DNA of 64,000 nt, from the NCBI GenBank assembly GCA_963674695.2, contig CAXXGI010000001.1:416001-480000 (forward strand), read 5' to 3'. This document shows, in pieces, positions 11,901 to 20,714 of the stretch. Numbering within the stretch: position 1 is the stretch's first letter; each line of letters opens with the position of its first letter. This DNA is from a bacterium. GTDB taxonomy: Bacteria; UBA10199; 2-02-FULL-44-16; JAAZCA01. A program made the position numbers and the translations under genes. Under the pieces are notes generated by a model. That model saw nothing but the letters and a program-made list of their open reading frames with translations, was not told the origin of the DNA and did not search any database.

Positions 11901-13263
11901 CCCAAATCCGACAGTTCCAAGTTGGCATGAAATATCACGCCGTTATCCGGAAAACTTTTCAAAAAATGTCGGCCGGATTTCGTTAAAAAAAGCGGCGCGC
12001 GGAGGTGTTTTCTCCGTTTGGCCGTCGTGTGCGCCGTCTTAAGGAGCTCTCGTGCTGTATTACAAACGCACCTCGCCGGCGGTTTCTGTTTTCCTCGTCT
12101 TCGTTTCTCCCGCGTCCTTCCTGTGCCCTCATGGCATCGCCATGTCTGCGATGAGTCGTCTCGCATCCCGATAGATCGCAAACGACGGATGCCCGTGGCA
12201 GAGTTTGACGATCATCTGCCGTCCGGTCTTGATGACGCGCCCGGCGATGCAGAAGAGCCAGAGCCGCAGCTTCTTGAGTCGGCAGGTGGAGAGCTCTTCT
12301 GGCAGGGCGTGCAGTTGGAGCGCCCTCACAAGATTCTGAGCGATGCACTGGATCCGCCACCACGCGGCGTTGGCGCCGAATGCGGCGCAGGGAAGCACGC
12401 CTCCGGCGAGGTCGCTCTTGATCTGTTTGTTGACGTGCTCGATCGTCCCGCCTCGCTCGTGGTGCCACCGGATGAGGCGATCGCCCGCCCAGTCCATATT
12501 GGTGACGATGAGCTCATAGCGATCCTTGCGTGTCACTTCCTCTATGGCTTCATCCTGAATGAGCTCCCATTGCTCCCTGCGTCTTTCTGGTGACGAGATA
12601 GCGATACGTTCGCTTCCGCATATCCTCCTGTGATCCGTTTGCGCTCACCCAGTCGATCTCGGCCCACTCGCGTGCGGATTCGCTTCACGCCCTTCGGGAT
12701 CACCGAGAGACACCGCTTGAAAAACCCCAGGACGTCGTGCGCGGGGGCGACGTTTCCGTCCCGAAACTCGTCGGCGATGACGATCCCAAGCTCCGCGATC
12801 GTGCCGATGACCGATTCGAGGAGCCGCCACTCCTCCCAGCCCTTTCCCTTGAGTGTGAGCGTTCGACGCACGAATCGGGGCAGACCCAGGGCGATCATCA
12901 TCTCGTGCAGCGGAGGCAGGCCACCGAACCCGGTGAGCGTATCGTTGCGATCCATCATTTCACACTTGAACGGAAGGAGAGTTTGGCGTAGAGGTTTGGT
13001 CATTGGGAAGTTCCTTTTTCTCGTGTGGGATGGAGTCTCAAACCCTTTCTACACGAGCTTTTCCGAGAGGAAAGAGGGGCTTCCCTTTTTTTATGCGATC
13101 TCTCTCCCGCCGAAACTCCAACCATAATAATGAAGGGGATACCCACCGCCGGATGTGGACAGGGCACCTCTGGAAGGTACCCTGCCCACATCCAACCGTG
13201 GATATCCCAGCTCTATTATCATCAAGCGTCAAAAAAACCTCGTCGCCGTCAAATGAATTCAGG
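11901..13263 (-). mobile_element. IS1380-family insertion sequence, internally deleted
   Basis: Candidate ends CCTGAATTCAT (minus strand at 13263) and CCCAAATCCG (11901) resemble IS1380 IRs and enclose transposase fragments. Confidence 0.75.
12129..13003 (-). pseudogene. IS1380-family DDE transposase remnant in two fragments (13003-12542, 12536-12129)
   Basis: LTGFGGL, EFRDGN, IVTNM...HERGGTIEH.NKQIKSD, FGANAAW, LRLWLFCIAGRV; much shorter than an intact enzyme. Confidence 0.85.
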
Positions 13264-13286
13264 ATATGCGCCAAAGTGGTCGATCT

Positions 13287-13405
13287 CGACCACCACGAAC
13301 GGCCTTCGTAGCGGTCCTCGATGACCACTTTTGAGCACCGCGCCCCAAACTGGCAAAAACCGACCACCACGAACGGCCTTCGTGGCGGTCGTCGATGACC
13401 ACTTT
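13287..13405. repeat. Two 45-bp hairpin-forming direct repeats separated by 29 bp
   Basis: cgaccaccacgaacggccttcgtRgcggtcStcgatgaccacttt at 13287-13331 and 13361-13405 (2 mismatches). Confidence 0.9.
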
Positions 13406-14058
13406 GCTTCGCGGCGTGTCGTCCTGGCGAAGGATTACCCGCACCCGATTCGTTCGGCGGCAGAAGTCTCCGAATTCTGCTGTGAGCAAGGATGTCGCGA
13501 ATTTTGGTGCCGAAGCTTGGCGAAGTGACTGTCCCCTATAATCGGTCCCGATTTTCACCCTCAGGGTGAAGATCGGATCATCTTCAATGCTTCGCCTTCT
13601 CAATCCCTGCCGACATCTCCGCGCGCAATCACCGTTCTTCCTGTCGGATGGGGGATCAATGACCGATTTTTTGGAGAATCCCTTGGCATTTTTGTCCGGG
13701 ACGCAACTTTGGGGTTCGGGCGGTCGATAATACCCTTGAACCCAGGATAAATCGCTGTTTCCCAGCACAAGGAGAACCCCATTATGTCGCTGTTCGACCT
13801 CGCCCATCGCATCGGCCAAGGCCAAGCGACCCCCTTCGACGCCCAGCGCCCGAAGGAGACGTCAGCGATCTCCTCCGAGACCCAGGATCCGTGGGACGAC
13901 GTCACGCAGAAGGAGATCCTGCTCCCACGTGAGGACTCGACGCAGTATACGGCATGTTCAGGCCCGGAAAATTCCATCCCGAAATCCTCACCAAAAATTA
14001 ACAGAATCTGGAAGTAACCTCCCTTGCCATCTGATCGAGGCTGGGCTATGCCGCAGCC

Positions 14059-15219
14059 ATGATTTCCGGCATGACATACGAGGATCGCGAACGGGAGTTT
14101 CTCGCCCCCTATGCGGTCCACAGCGCACAGAGCCGCGGTAGACAGCATGCGGAAGAGGCCTGTCCGCTCCGCACCTGTTTTCAGCGCGATCGCGATCGCA
14201 TCGTCCATTCCGAGGCCTTCCGCCGACTCGAGTACAAGACCCAGGTCTTCGTCAACCACGAGGGCGACTACTATCGCACGCGGCTCACCCACACACTCGA
14301 GGTCGCCCAGATCTCGCGCGGGCTGGCGCGCACGCTGCGACTCAACGAGGACCTGGCCGAAGCGATCGCCCTGGCACATGATCTGGGCCATACGCCCTTC
14401 GGCCATCGCGGCGAGACCGCGCTCAACGACCTGATGGCAGAGCACGGCGGGTTTGAACACAATCGGCAGAGCTATCGCGTGGTCACGCTACTCGAACGAC
14501 GCTATCCGGATTTTCTGGGCTTGAATCTCTCGCTCGAGGTCCTCGACGGAATTGTCAAACACGCCACCGAATACGACGCGCCGAACCTCGACGGCATGGA
14601 GCTGGGGACCGAGCGCTTCCCCACCATGGAGGCACAGGTCGTCAATATCGCCGACGAGATCGCCTACATGAATCACGATCTCGACGACGGCCTGGAATCG
14701 GGCATGCTCATCCCGAGTGAAATCGATGCGGTCGCGCTCTGGCGCACGACCCATGGGGCAGCGCTCAAAGACCACCCCAACGCATCGCCCCGAATGGCCA
14801 AATATCAGACGATCCGCCGCCTCATCCACCTGCTCGTCTCGGACCTCGCGGAGGCGACCAAGAGCCGCATCGACACGATGAACCTGTCCTCATTGGATGA
14901 AGTCGTCCAATGCCCGAATCAGATCGTGGCCTTCAGCGAAGAGATCACCGCGCAGGCCAAGGAGCTCAAGGATTTCCTCTTCTCCCATCTCTATCGACAC
15001 TACCGCGTGGAACGCATGGCCGACAAATCGACGCGCATCTTGAACGCCCTCTTTGAAACGTATCTCAATAACCCGAAGGTATTGCCGCCCGCGCTCGAAG
15101 CGACCATTCGCACCGAGGGGCACGCCCACCGCCGCATCTGCGACTATATGGCGGGCATGACCGATCGGTATGCCCTGGGAGAATACGCAAAACTGTTCGA
15201 TCCGAATGCAACGGTTTGA
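14059..15219 (+). CDS. dgt: Deoxyguanosinetriphosphate triphosphohydrolase (HD family)
   Basis: FQRDRDRIVHSEAFRRLEYKTQVF, RTRLTHTLEV, HDLGHTPFGH.GE, DYMAGMTD. Confidence 0.95.
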   Translation: MISGMTYEDREREFLAPYAVHSAQSRGRQHAEEACPLRTCFQRDRDRIVHSEAFRRLEYKTQVFVNHEGDYYRTRLTHTLEVAQISRGLARTLRLNEDLAEAIALAHDLGHTPFGHRGETALNDLMAEHGGFEHNRQSYRVVTLLERRYPDFLGLNLSLEVLDGIVKHATEYDAPNLDGMELGTERFPTMEAQVVNIADEIAYMNHDLDDGLESGMLIPSEIDAVALWRTTHGAALKDHPNASPRMAKYQTIRRLIHLLVSDLAEATKSRIDTMNLSSLDEVVQCPNQIVAFSEEITAQAKELKDFLFSHLYRHYRVERMADKSTRILNALFETYLNNPKVLPPALEATIRTEGHAHRRICDYMAGMTDRYALGEYAKLFDPNATV

Positions 15220-15236
15220 GGAAAGGTTTCCGAATA

Positions 15237-16373
15237 ATGACCAGCGATCAGAGTCCCTCACATCCCCTGGCGTTTGTCGTTCGGGCCTTCGGTTTTATCG
15301 TATTGCTCTTTTTCTTCCTCGTCGCCATCAGCCTCCTGGGAGGATCCTTCAAGCTCCTGGGCAAAGGCGTCGCCGAATCGCTCATCACGACGACCGCAAA
15401 TCCCTTCGCGGGGCTGCTCATCGGCATCCTCTCTACCGCCATCGTCCAGAGCTCATCGGTGACCACCTCCATGGTCGTGGCCCTCGTCTCCGGCGGAGCG
15501 CTCTCGGTGCAGAGCGCGGTGCCCATCGTCATGGGTGCCAACATCGGCACCACGATCACCTGCGCGCTGGTCTCGGTCGGGCACATCACGCGCAACGATG
15601 AATTCGAACGCGCCTATGCCGGTGCCAACGTCCACGATATCTTCAACATCATGAGCGTGATCGTCATCCTTCCCTTGCAGCTGGCCACGGGCTTCCTCAA
15701 CAAAGCCGCCTCCGTGATGGCTGGCTTCTTCTACGGAATGGAATCGAGCACATTCTCCAGCCCCATCAAGGTGGCCGTCAAACCGATCGTGAAGGCCGTT
15801 CATCACTTTTTTCTCGATACGATGGCCCTGTCCGACAAAACGACCGGCATTCTTTCCATCATCCTGGCCGCACTCCTGATCTTCCTGACGCTCTCGTTCA
15901 TGGTCAAGGCGATGCGCGCGATCACCGCATCACGCCTGGAGCACTGGATTCAGCGCATCTTCTCAGCAAATATCTACATCATCTTTGCCATCGGCATCGT
16001 CATCACCGCTATCATCCAGTCGAGCTCGATCACGACCTCGATCATGGTACCGATGGTCGGCGCAGGATTGGTCACCATCGAACAGGCCTTCCCGATCACC
16101 GTCGGCGCCAACATCGGAACGACTGTCACCGCCATCCTGGCGGCGCTCGCCGGCAATCAGGCGGGGCTCACGATCGCGTTTGTCCACCTCATCTTCAACC
16201 TCTGCGGCACGCTCCTCTTCTTCGTCCCCCCCTGGACGCGCCGCATTCCAGTAGCCATTTCGAAGTGGTTGGCCTCTATATTCGTTCGAAATAAAAAGCT
16301 TGTGGTGATCTACATCGCTATGCTTTTCTTTGTCCTCCCGCTGATCGGCATGTACATCAGCAGCAAATGGTAA
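15237..16373 (+). CDS. Na/Pi cotransporter family protein
   Basis: Duplicated QSSS...GANIGTT motifs, multiple TM segments. Confidence 0.93.
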   Translation: MTSDQSPSHPLAFVVRAFGFIVLLFFFLVAISLLGGSFKLLGKGVAESLITTTANPFAGLLIGILSTAIVQSSSVTTSMVVALVSGGALSVQSAVPIVMGANIGTTITCALVSVGHITRNDEFERAYAGANVHDIFNIMSVIVILPLQLATGFLNKAASVMAGFFYGMESSTFSSPIKVAVKPIVKAVHHFFLDTMALSDKTTGILSIILAALLIFLTLSFMVKAMRAITASRLEHWIQRIFSANIYIIFAIGIVITAIIQSSSITTSIMVPMVGAGLVTIEQAFPITVGANIGTTVTAILAALAGNQAGLTIAFVHLIFNLCGTLLFFVPPWTRRIPVAISKWLASIFVRNKKLVVIYIAMLFFVLPLIGMYISSKW

Positions 16374-16389
16374 CGAAAGGAGACCGACC

Positions 16390-17064
16390 ATGGTCCTGAA
16401 AGAACTCTTGAGCCTCTGGCACGACGATTCTGCGCTGGATGAAACCTTTCGGCGCTTCGATGAAATGATCATATCCGCGAAGGAGATGTTTTCGCTTTCG
16501 ACAACATTCCTCATCAGCGATGACAACCCGGACGGAACGGGAAAACAGTTGAGCAAGATGGATGGAAAGCTCAACACCCTGCAGCAGGTCATTCGCCGCG
16601 ACATCATCACGCATATCTCCGTACAGGGAACGGGCGATATGGTCCCCAGCCTGATGCTCACCAGCATCATCAAGGACGCCGAACGCATCGGCGATTACTG
16701 CAAGAACATCCATGAAGTGGCGCGAAAGGCATCATACATCAACACCGATCCACTCTTCCCGGATCTCGTCGAAATGCGCGCCAAGATCCTCATCTGGTTC
16801 GACCAGACCAAACGCTCTTTTGACCGCCAGGATCGAGAGCTCGCGGAGAATACGCGCGAAGAGGCCTACCTCCATGAAAAGAGCTGCGACCGCCTCCTGT
16901 GGGACCTGGCCTCCGATAACAAGGGCCGCAATGCCGTCGCCGCCGCCCTGATGTTGCGTTTCTTCAAGCGCGTTGCCGCCCACCTGGGCAACATCTGTTC
17001 GAGCGTCGTCCAGCCGCTGGACAAGATCGATTATTACGATCTCTCCGAGAAAGAAGAAGCCTAA
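16390..17064 (+). CDS. PhoU-domain protein
   Basis: KDAERIGDYCKNI and KRVAAHLGNI repeats; follows the Na/Pi transporter. Confidence 0.85.
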   Translation: MVLKELLSLWHDDSALDETFRRFDEMIISAKEMFSLSTTFLISDDNPDGTGKQLSKMDGKLNTLQQVIRRDIITHISVQGTGDMVPSLMLTSIIKDAERIGDYCKNIHEVARKASYINTDPLFPDLVEMRAKILIWFDQTKRSFDRQDRELAENTREEAYLHEKSCDRLLWDLASDNKGRNAVAAALMLRFFKRVAAHLGNICSSVVQPLDKIDYYDLSEKEEA

Positions 17065-17176
17065 TCGAGAACGACGAACGCCCATGATCTGCCGCGTCAT
17101 TTTCTATTGCGCGCCGCATATTGTACGCTTTCCTCCCCCGTCTATGATCAGCCCACGTGAAATGGGAGGGACTATC

Positions 17177-17851
17177 GTGAAGCCATCGGCACATCGGTCA
17201 CATTATCTCCGTTTCCTCAGCATCCTGCTGCTCTGCGTCTGCGCCTGGCTCTCTCTGCTGGGAACGCGCCCCGCATCTGCCGCTGAGAACAACGAACGCC
17301 GCTTCGACGTCACCATGCGCCTGGGCGCCCAATTCGTCACCCTGCCGGATGCCCCCTTCTTCTGGGCCGAGGGTCGCGATAGCATCACCGTCCAAGGTCG
17401 CCATGAGGGCGCGGTCATTCCAGGCGAATCGATCCCGCGCATGGTCTTTCAAGCTAAACACCCCCCCCTCGACCTCAAGGCGCTGACCGTCGTCATCGAA
17501 GGCATCCCCGGCACCTGGATTCAGATCGACTGGGCCGACTATCCGACCATCCGCCTCACAGAGGTCGACCTTCGCGTGCAGGCCTTCGACGTCCCCAAGA
17601 ATGAACTCATGCCCGCGACGCAACCGATCCTCGATATCGTCCTATCCAACATCTCGCTCTCCACCGAACCCATCGATGTGGAGGGGGTGACCAGTGCCGG
17701 CTATGTCGATGCGATGAAACTCGAGGTCCAGGTCGTAGGCGAGGCCCTCCTCCCCGAAGACCCCCACCCGCTCTACACCGAATGGCTCGCAAACGAACCG
17801 ATCCTCCTCGAACTCATCGTCCGCGCCCACAACCCCTTCAGCAAGAAGTAG
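17177..17851 (+). CDS. Hypothetical exported protein
   Basis: GTG start after GGAGGG, signal peptide ending ASA-AE, genome-like codon usage. Confidence 0.6.
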   Translation: MKPSAHRSHYLRFLSILLLCVCAWLSLLGTRPASAAENNERRFDVTMRLGAQFVTLPDAPFFWAEGRDSITVQGRHEGAVIPGESIPRMVFQAKHPPLDLKALTVVIEGIPGTWIQIDWADYPTIRLTEVDLRVQAFDVPKNELMPATQPILDIVLSNISLSTEPIDVEGVTSAGYVDAMKLEVQVVGEALLPEDPHPLYTEWLANEPILLELIVRAHNPFSKK

Positions 17852-17892
17852 CCCAACCAGAGACAATCAAAGAAGAGCACAGAGCACACATC

Positions 17893-18254
17893 GTCCGGCA
17901 GTGTGTTTGTAGGGTTATCATGATCCAACCGGGTGAAATGCCTTGCATGTGCGCCCTACTTCCGCACCGCGAGCCGGACCCTTCCCGGAGGAGTATAAAG
18001 GCGCGTTTGCGAGACGAGCGTATCCCGAAGCAATAAAATCCGTTTGGCTTCACGACATTGAGAGCCGACGGAGGAGGATCCTCAATGTCGATGAAGACAA
18101 CGGATTTTTTGCGAGGGGTAGCGAGCGAAGCGCGCCCTCACGACGAAGGGAAGGGTCCGGCTCGCGGTGCGGAAAGAGCGAAGCGGAAGCGCACATGCAA
18201 GGCATTTCACCCGGTTGGATCATCCGGCGGTCCCCGCAAAACACACTGCCGGAC
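17893..18254. repeat. 362-bp nested palindrome: outer arms A enclosing inner module B
   Basis: gtccggcagtgtgttt/aaacacactgccggac; atgatccaaccgggtgaaatgccttgcatgtgcgc with its exact complement; 27-bp perfect inner stem 17960-17986/18148-18174. Confidence 0.95.
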
Positions 18255-18309
18255 TGACGCGCTCATTTGTTCCAATATACAGGATGTAGATTGCTGTGCG
18301 AATGATGAA

Positions 18310-20571
18310 TCAGTTCTTTGCCGTGGGCGGTGAAGCGATGGGAATTGGTGGGTAGAGGCGTTGCATGGTCCAGAGGCTTGCCAGGACCTTCTTCACGTAG
18401 AGGTTGGTCTCGCTGTAGGGGATCTCTTCGATCCATTCTTCGATGTCGTTCATTTCCCCATTGCCGAGCCAGCGCCCGACGGCCTCTTCGCCGGCGTTGT
18501 AGGACGCGATGTGCGCGACGGGGTTTCCGGGAAAGAGTCCGGACAGTTTTTCGAGATACTGCGCACCGAACCCGATGTTGACCGCCGGGCGATAGAGCAT
18601 GCGCCGATCGACCATGCCTTCACCGACATCGCTCGCCAAGCGATTGGCGGTCGTCGGCATCAGCTGCATCAGCCCCACCGCTCCTGCGGGAGAGACGACC
18701 CACGGACGAAAGGTCGACTCGTTGCGCATGATCGCCCAGATGAGCATCGGATCGACCGTACACTCGCGCGCGAGCGCCCCTACGATCGGACGATAGGCCT
18801 CGGGATAAGCGGCCTGCCAGACGAAGCGATCGAAACCCTTCCCTTTCGGAATTCCCCGCTTGAGCGTTCCGCGATGACGGCGCACCGAAAGGCGGTAGGC
18901 AAGGTTGTGCGCGAAGTTGCGTGATGCCAGCCACATCACCTCGTCTGCGAGTTCGGGATACCGCTTGAGATCGACGACGCGGAGTTCACGCGCAGCCTCC
19001 TCATGGAGCCCAAGGCCATCATAGAATCGCGCGCGCGCCATATGGATCGATTCGGTCTCGGCCGTCTCGTCCGGCGCCCACTGACTGTCCTGGCCCCCCA
19101 TCCAAGAGACGCGCGCAAACTGCTCGGTGGTCAAACGCTTCCCGGCAAGGCGTCGGCGCGCGATCTCTCCGTAATAGCCCTTCGGATATTTGCGGCGCAC
19201 CTCGGTATAGACCGCCCGCGCCTGTTCGCGACGGCCCGCTTTTTCGAGGGCCCGCCCCTTCCAGTAGAGGACGCGATCAGCGATGCGAATGCGTTTTGCC
19301 GCACCCCCGAGCAATCCATCAAAGACAGCGATCGCATCGTCAGATTGGCCGCGCATATACTCGCACCACCCCATATGCCAACGCGCGAGCGTCTTGGTCT
19401 TGCTCCCTCCATGCATCTCGGCCACGTGTCGAAAATGCGGAATCGCCTCCGCATACTTTCCCTCATCCATATAGAGGTACGCGATCTTGTACGCGATATT
19501 GGCAGCGCGACGCGAACGCGGATTCTCGCGGGCGAGCATCCGCTTGCGCATTGCAATCGCTTTTTCGTAGTCGTCCTTCTTCGCATAGGTCGTGGCGAGT
19601 GTGGCCGAGACCCCGCCGACGTATCCTCGGGCACGTGGATCGGCCAGCAGCTCCTGCATAAGCGCGATGGCCTCGTCATAGCGATGTGTCCAGCGGTAAC
19701 ACCGCGCGAGCAACCAGCGTGCGCGCACCTCGTTCTCGGAGCCCAACCCCTCGCGTTCGAGCAACGCCTTCAGGCGAACAGCCGCCTCGTCCCACTGCGA
19801 ACGATCGACGAACGACTGGGCCAAGCGATATTGTTGTTGGGGATGGTCCAGCCACTTGCGAACATCGACGCCAAAACGCCGACGCACATCCCCGATGAGG
19901 GAGGAGAGATCGCGAAGCTCTTCCTCGCTGCCCGCATTGACCGCCAGCGCCTTCACCCGCGCCACGGCCGTCTCCGCCTGACCGGATTCAATCGCCAGCT
20001 CGGCGTTGACGCGATCGATGCGCGCCTGCCTCTCGATCGAGAGATGCTTCTCGCGCGAAAGAACTCGCAGCGCTTCGCTCGCCTCACGAAATCGCCGCAT
20101 GCCGACGAGCGCACGCACGCGTTCGAATTCGGCATCACGCGCCCAAACGCTTTCGGGAAAACGATCCTTCAGAAGGTCGAGAAAGGTGAGCGCCTGCGGA
20201 AAATGCCCGAGTTCGATCGCCGCGACACCGCGCTCATAGAACACTGTGTCCTCCACGAGGGGAAGCGCATCGGCCACCTTGGCGAGAAAGGTCTCGGCCT
20301 CCTTCCACCGCCTCTTTTGAAAATGGGCATACCCGAGGACAAAATCCCACTCCGGAACGGAATACTGCTTCGCACGGACGGCAAAATCGGAGAGTCCCTG
20401 CACGACCTCGTCGAGGGATAAGGCTGTAGCCTGCACCGAACGGCGAGGTGCGGTCTCGGCAACCTGCGCCTGCGCCGCAGAAGCGCGGCCCGCACACCCG
20501 GTCGCGGCGAAGACAACGATCGTACCGATGAAACAGATGGCAATGTTCACGACACGCATGGGAGATAACAT
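18310..20571 (-). CDS. Soluble lytic transglycosylase with TPR repeats
   Basis: AIMRNESTF, SPAGAVGLMQLMP, ASYNAG, IPYSETNLYVKKV; N-terminal TPR helices; possible lipobox TGC. Confidence 0.92.
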   Translation of the reverse strand: MLSPMRVVNIAICFIGTIVVFAATGCAGRASAAQAQVAETAPRRSVQATALSLDEVVQGLSDFAVRAKQYSVPEWDFVLGYAHFQKRRWKEAETFLAKVADALPLVEDTVFYERGVAAIELGHFPQALTFLDLLKDRFPESVWARDAEFERVRALVGMRRFREASEALRVLSREKHLSIERQARIDRVNAELAIESGQAETAVARVKALAVNAGSEEELRDLSSLIGDVRRRFGVDVRKWLDHPQQQYRLAQSFVDRSQWDEAAVRLKALLEREGLGSENEVRARWLLARCYRWTHRYDEAIALMQELLADPRARGYVGGVSATLATTYAKKDDYEKAIAMRKRMLARENPRSRRAANIAYKIAYLYMDEGKYAEAIPHFRHVAEMHGGSKTKTLARWHMGWCEYMRGQSDDAIAVFDGLLGGAAKRIRIADRVLYWKGRALEKAGRREQARAVYTEVRRKYPKGYYGEIARRRLAGKRLTTEQFARVSWMGGQDSQWAPDETAETESIHMARARFYDGLGLHEEAARELRVVDLKRYPELADEVMWLASRNFAHNLAYRLSVRRHRGTLKRGIPKGKGFDRFVWQAAYPEAYRPIVGALARECTVDPMLIWAIMRNESTFRPWVVSPAGAVGLMQLMPTTANRLASDVGEGMVDRRMLYRPAVNIGFGAQYLEKLSGLFPGNPVAHIASYNAGEEAVGRWLGNGEMNDIEEWIEEIPYSETNLYVKKVLASLWTMQRLYPPIPIASPPTAKN

Positions 20572-20598
20572 TTTCTTGAGACGAACTGTTCAATAGTT

Positions 20599-20667
20599 GT
20601 CATTCCCGCGAAGGCGGGAATCTCGAAGTGGGTGAAAAATCGAGATTCCCGCCTTCGCGGGAATGAC
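20599..20667. repeat. REP-like inverted doublet, GTCATTCCCGC family
   Basis: gtcattcccgcgaaggcgggaatctcga...tcgagattcccgccttcgcgggaatgac, perfect arms. Confidence 0.95.
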
Positions 20668-20714
20668 AGCAAAAAGCCCTCTTCCCTCTAAGCGATTATC
20701 ACCCGTCACGGCTC

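Noticed and set aside
11891-11903. C13 homopolymer as a phase-variation tract
   Set aside because: It is intergenic at the IS end with no clear linked gene, and may be a sequencing artefact.
13287-13405. Possible CRISPR mini-array
   Set aside because: Only two repeats, no cas genes and no leader; kept as a plain repeat.
13410-14017. Short ORFs 13331-13528 and 13784-14017
   Set aside because: No recognisable motifs; probably decayed fragments at the island edge.
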